A DNA stretch of 64,000 nucleotides. It comes from Balanoglossus misakiensis. Its lineage: Eukaryota > Animalia > Hemichordata. Below, in pieces: positions 38,501 to 49,092 of this stretch. Each line of letters opens with the position of its first letter. The first letter of the stretch is position 1. The stretch covers positions 5,952,001 through 6,016,000 of the forward strand of contig CM082590.2 in NCBI GenBank assembly GCA_040954595.2. The letters run 5' to 3'. The position numbers and the translations under genes are program-made. The notes under the pieces were generated by a model. That model saw only the letters and a program-made list of their open reading frames with translations, searched no databases and was not told the DNA's origin.

Positions 38501-41500
38501 AAATTTCGAACTTATCGGATTCAAAAAACTTATATTTGTTGTAGGTGTCGCAGACAGAGTAAAGCACATTGATTAAAAGACAATTTGCTGTAATAAGTAT
38601 CAAGGTCCAACTTGTACATTTTAAACACATCAACTGTTTCAATATTTTAGAGTACCGGTACTAGTAAATATTGCACAATAACAGAATATCATGAATTCTG
38701 CACATGACATATGATACAGACCTTAGTGATGTTTAAGAAGGATGCGATTTATTCTACAGCTGTAGTTTTCATGAGTAAAGCGATCGTGAAATTTAGTCGA
38801 ACATTTTTCTTCACGGGTCATGGATGTCTGACATGTTGTTCAATGACAGAGGGAATAGTTTACAATGTACCGAACTGAACTCACTAGGTGCAACATTTAC
38901 CGGTACTGCACATGGTGCACGGTGACCGTTTTAAGCCTAGCCAGTTTAAAAGTTTCTCATTCATATATGGATCACAATCGACATGTTTTAGGTATTCACT
39001 ATTCTCGAATGCTAGATCACAGGCAAAGTCCCTCTGTCACAGGGCATATGTACATTCATTTACGCCACCTACGATCCATGATTGTCAAATTATGTTTCTT
39101 CCGATCCTGGTTGCTTATATTGCATCTCCCTTTTGCCGTTGGTGGCGGCATTGAAGGATAAAAGACTATCCGCCAGCCGACAGTGAGACTTTACGTAAAC
39201 TGAAACTGAGGAAAGCACCGGATCACAGGGAATGTGTTTGCATTGCATCAACGATGAGGCGCAAATTTGAGTTTCTTCTGATTATGGCTACTTAGTACAA
39301 CACCCTTAATCGTTGGCAGCGCTATTTGAGGATAAAATGTTATCTGTAGCCTCTAGACATGTAGACTGAAAGCGAGGAAAGCATCAGATTGGACAGGGAC
39401 ATTGTTACCGATCGATAAGAAATATTTTTTATATTTCAGATAAAAGTAACGGAATTATCATTGAGTTGCCATCATTTCTTAAACACTTTGTCTAGAAGTT
39501 TGCTTTCAGGCCCATGTGACCACCGGAATTGACCGTGGATATCTGTAAATTTATTATTAGTTTCATTTAAAGAAGGTCATTTCCACCACTCTGCCAATAA
39601 CACTTATGTTCCATGTGTTCAATATTATTACAGAATTGTGCATTCAGGTTCTAGTCTTCATTTACCTAATCACATCGAAAATATCATCCAACCACATTTT
39701 CCAGGACCCGCAACAAATCCCGATCTAAATATCAGCTACTGGAAAGCCCAATACATTAACACAGATTCTGCATGTGGCCATTAAAACTCTGTGTCTTCAT
39801 TTTGACAGGATGGCAACACTCCTTTGCACAGAGCAACAAGAAAGGATCGTGTGAATATAGTGAGGTTACTGTTGGAATACAAGGCTGATGTCAACATACA
39901 AAACAAAGCAAGTAGTATTTTTGTAATCTTTATTTATCATTTGAATCAGCATGCTCTTGAGAGGTTTGTAACTTGTTCCAACTTTGTACGCAATGTCTGA
40001 TGCAAGTTTTTTTTATCTATCATTTGAATCAGCAAGCTCTTGCGAGATTTGTAACTTGTTCAAAGGTTTTTACAAAGTTTGATACACAATTTGAACAATT
40101 GCTTGAGAGCGATTGTATGAAGCTTGAATCAAAGATGCCCTTCACACAGTTTGTATGAAGCCTGAACTGTGATTAAAGCAAATATATATGTGAAATTTGT
40201 CTCAAGTTTTGATCATTTTGGGGAGGTCTGGAATACGTTCCACTCCTGGGTGTGGTTACTTTTCATCTCTCTTCTTGGTACATTTTTATTTCTTTTAAGT
40301 TTCTGTACTTTCACTTTTAATTTATCAGAGATTTCCCCCGTCCATACCCACAAACTCCTTATCGGTGAACAAAGCTAATGTGAAAGGATTGTTGGCAGTT
40401 TTAGAAATATCCAAGTAGGGTGCAAGTCCGGGACTTAATCATGTAAAATGTTACTATCGGCTAATGTACATTTTCAACACAACACCTGACGATGATTTAA
40501 TTTACTAAATAACACTTGAAGACAAAATGTATCTTGATAATTTGTTTTTTGAAAAAGATATATGCTTTAAATGCCGCCAACAAAACCATGACAAAGTGTG
40601 TCCCCTTTTAAACATACATTCAGGGTAGCACCCTTCTCATTGCATCACTTCAAGCTCCTAAAACAATGACAACTCATCCCAGTAATAAGCCTATAATAAA
40701 TTTCGCGATGTTGGCTAAACAGCCGTGGACACTTGCCATAACACGGTCGGTCGATGTCTTGAAAAATCATTCTGTATTTTGCATTGAGGCAAGGAAAAAT
40801 GTCAGGGGGATTAAACCTGACAGTTTATTTCTCTGTGTTTGTACGAAGACATGAAATCATCTAGTGTAGGCGTTTCCTGGTACAGTTTATTGTTACCATA
40901 AAGGGCGTATTACACAAATGGGCGTCCAGCGTAGATTTTTGGAAAGCAAAACATGTCCCGAATCTTCCGTTGCACGAGGAAAGTGGAATTAAATTTCTGA
41001 AAATCGAACTTTTTCGGAGTTGGATCTTCAGTAGCTGTGGAAATGCAGCTGTTCCACTGGGGGAGGGGGAATACTAATTCCCCTCATCCCCCCCCCCGGC
41101 AGAACAGCTGCGTTTCCACAGCTATGTCTTCAGTTGATAAGTCCAGATTGCTGTTGGGAAGCCCTACAAGTTCAACAGTACGATCACAATGTTCCTGTCA
41201 GAACTTGGTTCGCCTTTTGTCACGTGTTGCTGTGGTCATGTCTAATTTTATTTTAAATACTTTCCCACCACATGTTATCGAAGTTGATGACTGTGTAGGT
41301 AATGGTGAAAATCCCACTGTCACCGCGTTTCATGAGATATAATTTGTTTCCTGTGATATTTGTCAAAACCCTGAAACAAACTTTCTGTTTGGCAGCCATT
41401 AAAAGCCAATGCAAACACGACATTCAGATGTGTATGAGTCTACATGTACATACGGTCATAACTCTGGCTTCGCTGGAGCATTTGCTGCTTTCAGTTCATG

Positions 41501-44500
41501 CCGAGTGCTGAGTTCTGTGTTGGGTTGTGTCGTATGTTTGTGTGTACCGATGCATTAATTAGATGACTTTGGTTGCGCTAAAGGTTCAGAGCCAGCAGAT
41601 GCAGTTTTCAACACATTACACACTCGGTGCGTTGCATCCGTCATTGGAGCGTGCAAGAGTCCATCCAGACGGCTGAATGCTGTTCCCTCCACCCCTTGCA
41701 TGATATTTCTGGACCGCTTCTGCATCGCCTTTTGTCTCAAGTCGGCCATCGATTTGTCTATGGTATTTCCCCAGACCCTCTTTCTGGCTGAAGTCCAGCA
41801 TAATCATTAGAATGTCAATAGTGGTTCCGCATATTTTTTACCTTTGATTCATAATTGGCGTTCTTCTATTGGCTAATTCCAATGCTCTTATAAGGGGTAA
41901 TGAAACTGCTGTCTGGGCTTTTATAATATTTAGATCATTGTCAGTTAGAGGTATTGTACAGAGGGCGTCTTCAAATGAAAACTGCAAACGCGCGTATCAT
42001 AAATCTCAAGTAATAGGAAACCTGTGATGTTAATGTACCCAAAAGGACACTGCCCTATCACCACATAATGCATTCATGTCCATTACGTGGGGGACTGGGA
42101 TGTATCCTACTTTTAATTTATCCCCCTCCCCGCCCCCCAAAAGTTTCGGCAAAACATGTTGTACCATCTCAAAAAATGAATGTTTCAGAATGTGTGTAAC
42201 AGTGCATGCTTAATGAAACATTGCGTGTTCCATTATACACTTATAGTCAGGGATTTTCAGTGACACATTTTTGTTGTATTCCCATAGATTGGTAGGGCAC
42301 CCTTACACTGGGCAGCATTGGAAGGCCATGGTGACATTGTGAGACTTCTACTGCAATCCAATGCCAGCATCGATGTGCAGGATACTGTAAGTTAATGTAA
42401 TCACACAAATTCTATTCTATACTCACACATCAGTTGACACGTTTTTATTATATTTAAATCATTGTCAGTTTGAGGTATTGTACAGAGGGCATCTTCAAAT
42501 GAAAACAACACACGCGTGTATCATAAATCTCAAGTAGAAGAATACCTGTGATGTTAATGTACCCTCAAAGGACAGAGCCCTATCACCACATCATGCATTC
42601 ATGTCCATTACGTGGGGGACTGGGATGTATCCTACTATTAATTAACCCTCCCCCCCCCAAAAAAAAAAAAAAAAAAAAACTTTCGGCAAAACATGTTGTG
42701 CCATCTCACAAATGAATGTTTCAGAATGTGTGTAGCAGTGCATGCTTAAAGGTATACAGTCACCTCCAACTTACATACGCCCATATATGGCTGAAATGAC
42801 GTATTTGGGCGTTCTAAAGAACTTATGGTTGCGCTCTTTCTTTCGCGTGTGCCACCCACTGAAAATCTGTGATTGGCTAGATCTCAATTTGCCATTGATG
42901 ACATGAGTATATCGCGTAATCCCTATATAGTGTGACCTAGGCTATCAGTTCACGATTCAAACAATGCTCAATCCAAATTGAAGGCTTAAATAACCGTAGA
43001 AACTTGCCATGAGGTCGGCCTATGGCTTGATAAATTATTATGTATTTTGCATTTATTAGGATGGGTAAAATTTCAGGGGGATTAAACCGGGCAGTTTCTT
43101 TCTCTGTGTTTCTAAGAAGACATGAAATCATCTAGTGTAGGTGTTTCCGGGTACAGTTTGTTGTTACCGTAAAGGGCGTATTATACAAATGGGCGGAAGC
43201 TAGTGAAAAGCATAGATTTTTAAAAACATTCCACCTCTTCCGTTGCATGAGGAAAGTGGAATTAAACTTAGTGCAAATTTCTGAAAATAATAACTTTTTC
43301 GGAGATGGGTCTTCAGTTGATAAGTCTAGATTGCTGGCTGCTGGGAAGCCGTAAAATTCACCAGTGCGATCGCAATGTTCATGTCAGAACTTGGCTTGCC
43401 TTTTACCACGTGTTGTCAAAACCCTGAAATAAACTTTCTGTTTGGCAGCCATACTTAAAAGCCAATGCAAACTTGACATTCAGATGTGTATGAGTATACA
43501 TGTACATACGGTCATAAATCTGGCTTCGCTGGAGCATTTGCTGCTTTCAGTTCATGCCGAGTGCTGAGTTCTGTGTTGGGTTGTGTCGTATGTTTGTGTG
43601 TACCGATGCATTAATTACTTAGATGACTTTGGTTGGGCTAAAGGTTCAGAGCGTGCAGATGCAGTTTTCAACACATTCGGTGCGTTGCATCCGTCATTTG
43701 AGCGTGCAAGAGTCCATCGAGACGGTTGAACGCTGTTCCCTTCACCCCTTGCATGATATTTCTGGATATTTCTTGCCTTTGCCACGTGTTGCTGTGGTCA
43801 TGCGTACATTTTATTTCAAATACTTTCCCACCACATGTTGTCGAAATTTATGACTGTGTAGGTAATGTTGAAAATCACACTGTCCCCGTGTGTCATGAGA
43901 CATTATCTGTTTCCTGATGTTTGCCTGTCACTTGCCTCCTCCGATGTTATTTGTCAAAACCCTCAAACGAATTTCTGTTTGGCGGCCGTAAAACCAATGC
44001 AAACTTTACATTCAAATGTGTATGAGTATTCATGTACATACGGTCATCCCTTTGGCTTTGCTGGAGCAATTTCTTCGTTCAATTCATGCCGAGTGCTGAG
44101 TTCTGTGTTGGGTTGTGTTGTATGTGTCTGTGCGTAGGTAATGTGTGTTCCTAGCCCTGCGTACAAGTCTGTGTGTTCCCGGCGTTACATGGACGATGGA
44201 GTTAATTACACATTAACACCCATCTGAGCTTTTATCACAAAATGCACAATCGATATGAAAATGTTTGTTATGCCGCCCCACTATAAGGGCATTGCACCAT
44301 GGGTGCGACTTCGCTCGAGGATCAAAACGCCTCTAATGCGACAGTCCCACTGATGATATGATGCTTGTACCATGACGTTTGCTCACCGAGTCAAACTATC
44401 ACTTTCGTAATGTCGTCTCATATCAGTCCTTCTGACACCACCCTCTCTCGCACAAAACATGTACTGTCACCATTATACTAGTAGTTGAAACTGTACTGTC

Positions 44501-47215
44501 AGTGAAACTCGCTTAATTATTATCCATAGCAGTCATTTTTTTTCTTTTGCAGAGATTAGTGAGGCATTTTGGGAAATGTGTTGATCAAAGTAGACACACT
44601 CGCGCGCAATCTCAAAACCACGAGAACTCACCTTCAATTTTTAACACTAGAAAACCATAAAAATTGAACTGTCACATTCCGATACTCAAATAAATTCTAA
44701 CCAGAGGCATGTTTTGCAAATAGTAGATTTGTGAAGATTCTATTGTACATAAAACGTGATGAAGCAGTTTTAATCAAATCATAGCAATGGGCTTAAAATC
44801 TTTTCTCCACCTTACAGTACGAAAAGACGCCTATGGATTATGCAGACGACAGAAGAGTCAAATCCCTGCTGAAGGTAATATTTCTCATAACTACAAGTAA
44901 CTGTCATATTCAAAAGGAACACTATTACTTGTAATACAACCATCAATGAGACAGAGTAATTCATATCCAGAACAAAAACCGAAAGAAACAATTTGGAGAG
45001 TGGAGATTAGTTTTTACCCCTTTGTACGCTCTAATTTAAATTTCAAAGTGAAACCACTGCTGTGGCTATATATTTGTTTAATTTACATTAATTGGTTGTT
45101 CTAAAATACTGTACTCCTTACTTTTGGGTATGTAATAGGAACTTGTGGAATTGTTGACAATACCAACAATTTTGTTGTTCCTATCATGTAACTGTTACCA
45201 ATAATCATTGTTCTAATTCAGTGTTTCATCCACAGTTCATAATCACCGCACTTTGACATGTGCATAACAAACCAGAATTTAACTAATGATTTTTTTTTCT
45301 AATATAACATGGATTATACTATTCACTTGACATTTCCATTACATATTATAATACAAGATTTGTAACATGTGCAGCATATATAACTTTCTTATAATCTGTG
45401 TGACTAACACAACTGCGAATTGAGATAGGTGCAGAGTGGCCTCCCACAAATGTTAACCATTATTAAACACTACAAGATTAAAACTGATGAACGACTTTCA
45501 TTTTGATAAACTTGGAATACATTGCATATATCTAAATGAACTAATCTGTTATATGTATGATGACTAGGCTGTCGTAGCCAAATTTTGTCATTAATGCCAG
45601 TGTAGTGTTCCTTTGATATCACAGTTCATTTTGACAATATTTGGCAAGTCTATTCACAATGATTTCTGTGCTTTTTGTTGACATCAGGCCGAACAGAGGA
45701 AGAAGAAATTCAGTGTTTTGATGAGAGAACCAGGCATCACCCGAAATAGTAGCAGAGTTCATGTCTGTGGATTTGGTGGTGTTGGAAAGACAACCCTTGT
45801 GAAATCTTTGCAACGGGTAACAATAATTTTCATATCTGTACTTATATCTTTGTCAAACATTGTATGGTCACACTGTTTTCCACTTCGACTGTTTCATCGA
45901 TGTTTCAAGTTTGTTATTTATTTATTTATTGCAGTGATACTATGAAATTATTCCTTTATTCACTTTTTTCTGAATATTGTAATGTACAGCCTACATAAAC
46001 AGTTCACCAAACTATTGTCATTATTATCTATTCAACATTATCATGATGTCCAGGTGAAATAGTTTGCTTAAATGATACAGGTGGTGTTACTCGCCCATCA
46101 GAGTCACTGTCAACACAAACGCTTACTGCAGTTTTGTGTGTACCACTTTCATACAGGGCTTCTGGCAAGCGTATTTCACTCGACGAGCTGAAGAATACCC
46201 GCCTCTACCGGACAAGACTGGGTACACACCAACACCAGGTATTGATGTAAAAACTATCGACATACCAAAGGTTGGAGAATACATTGTCATGGATTTTGCT
46301 GGACAGTGTGAGTACTACGTGACACACAACATGTTCCTGAGAGCAGAAGATGCTGTGTTTATGCTTCTGTTTAAAATAACAGAAATGGGGAAAGATGACC
46401 CAAAACATTTGAAGAAGCCTATAGAGATGTTGGAACAAGCACTGAAAGAGGTGAGACATGACCCTTCACACACAAACACACACACACACACACACACACA
46501 AACACCGGAACGAAATAGAAACTGTAAAGTATGTCCAATTTAACCTACTACATGCATGTCCACATATGGAACTAGTCATTTGAGAACGGCCACACACAAA
46601 CAAACAAACACCAACACACACACACACCGGAATGAAATCTACTTTTGAACCTACTATGTCCAAATATAGAACTAGTCATTTGAGGAGGGGTTGGGAGGTG
46701 GGGGTGGGGTGGGTGGTCCACATATGCAATGCCTAACAGATACAGACAGTTATAATTTCTTGCATGTTTTTGTAAGCTCTGAACTTAGTATGGTTTATGT
46801 GTGGCATTACAGTGCCACTATTATGAAATATTCTGCCAATTGCACCCCCAAGACAATCTTAATGTAGTGGAAGCGAAGGTCACATGTGAATTTTCTTAAA
46901 TGACTGGACGGTAGTGTATAGAAATCAATCCATACCTGGAGTGACGATTCTGAAATCAATTAAACTATTTCGAGCGAAAACCCTCAACACATGTAAAATG
47001 TGCCACAACACTTAAATATTCCCACAAATCAATACCTGTGTTATATTTAAACTAGCCCATTAGCTATAAAATTATGTTTGCATTACACAAAACAATTAAT
47101 TAATTAATTAATTAATTAATTAATTAATTAATTATTAATTAATTAATTATTAACATTGATTGATTTATTGATTTATTGATTGATTAAATTATTGATTAAT
47201 TGATTGATTAAATTT

Positions 47216-47266
<51 letters not shown>

Positions 47267-48580
47267 CAATTGTGAAATTATATCATTGTGATAATTTTCA
47301 GACCAACATATGGGCCCAGTTCTTCAAAGGCATGATAAGCAGCATACTAAAGAGTGATGATGCTTCGTCTCGGAGTGAAGACACCAAACCAACTGTGATA
47401 TTGATCGCAAGTAGAGCTGATATGTTGGATGAATCTCAACAAGAGAGTGGTAAGTAGATTACTTTGATTGCAGTTACAACATGCATATACTGTTAAACAC
47501 ACTAGTACATGCACACGCACAATCTAGCATGTACATGTAAAACCAATATTAATTTGGACAAATCTGTCTCTGCATCCAAATCTTGATGGTATTTAAGTAG
47601 CAGTTCATTGTAAGGAGATGCACGATAGTGTTTTTTTTTTTTTACAAAAGATCTGACATAAATTACTTAAAATCTTTTAGCCAGAAGGGGCATTTCCCTC
47701 CTACTTTGAATACTAGTTAAATACCGACACGCAATTTTTTCTATTTCATAGGAATAGTGACATGCCCATAAGTTCACGCAGTTTACATGTTTACATTCTG
47801 CACGTACATCCTTAAATGGGTACTGATACTTAAATATCAGTACCCATATTTTTATTTCATGTTTTCACACAGTCTACGAGTTAACGTTTTGCATGTACAT
47901 CCGTAATTACCATAACCCATTTTTTATGTTTTCTAATATAGCCAAACGGGTTGTAGAAGAGGTACGGGAAGAATTGAAGAAGAAATTTGGCAATTATTTG
48001 AATATCGTGGATGAGACAGTTTTGTTAAATTGTCATGATTCTCAAAGTGAAGCAATGGGCAGACTACGTGTGATCTTACGTGGGTTCAAGGTGAGTTTAA
48101 CATAAATGCATAACTATTTATATTAACATTTTGATTTGAAAATCCGTCTAGTCAGAAAATGATAATACTACAACAAATGTTGTATGTATGTATGTATGTA
48201 TGTATGTATGTATGTATGTATGTATGTATGTATGTATGTATGTATGTATGTATGTATGTATGTGTGTGCATGTGTGCGTGTATGTATGTATGTATGTATG
48301 TATGTATGTATGTATGTATGTATGTATGTATGTATGTATGTATGTATGTATGTATGTATGTATGTATGTATGTATGTATGTATGTATGTGCATGTGTGTG
48401 TATGTATGTATGTATGTATGTATGTATGTATGTATGTATGTATGTATGTATGTATGTATGTATGTATGTATGTATGTATGTATGTGTGTGTGTGCATTTG
48501 TATGTATGTATGTATGTATGTATGTATGTATGTATGTATGTATGTATGTATGTATGTATGTATGTATGTATGTATGTATG

Positions 48581-48611
<31 letters not shown>

Positions 48612-48758
48612 TTGTATGTATGTATGTATGTATGTATGTATGTATGTATGTATGTATGTATGTATGTATGTATGTATGTATGTATGTATGTATGTATGTA
48701 TGTATGTATGTATGTATGTATGTATGTGTGTGTGTGCATGTGTGTGTATGTATGTATG

Positions 48759-48789
<31 letters not shown>

Positions 48790-49058
48790 TTGTATGTATG
48801 TATGTATGTATGTATGTATGTATGTATGTATGTATGTATGTATGTATGTATGTATGTATGTATGTATGTATGTATGTATGTATGTATGTGTGTGTGTGCA
48901 TGTGTGTGTATGTATGTATGTATGTATGTATGTATGTATGTATGTATGTATGTATGTATGTATGTATGTATGTATGTATGTATGTATGTATGTGTGTGTG
49001 CATGTGTGTGTATGTATGTATGTATGTATGTATGTATGTATGTATGTATGTATGTATG

Positions 49059-49092
<34 letters not shown>

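Noticed and set aside
42452-42749. Apparent mosaicism of cassette copy 3 between copies 1 and 2
   Set aside because: With only three sequences, private mutations give the same pattern, so recombination cannot be claimed.
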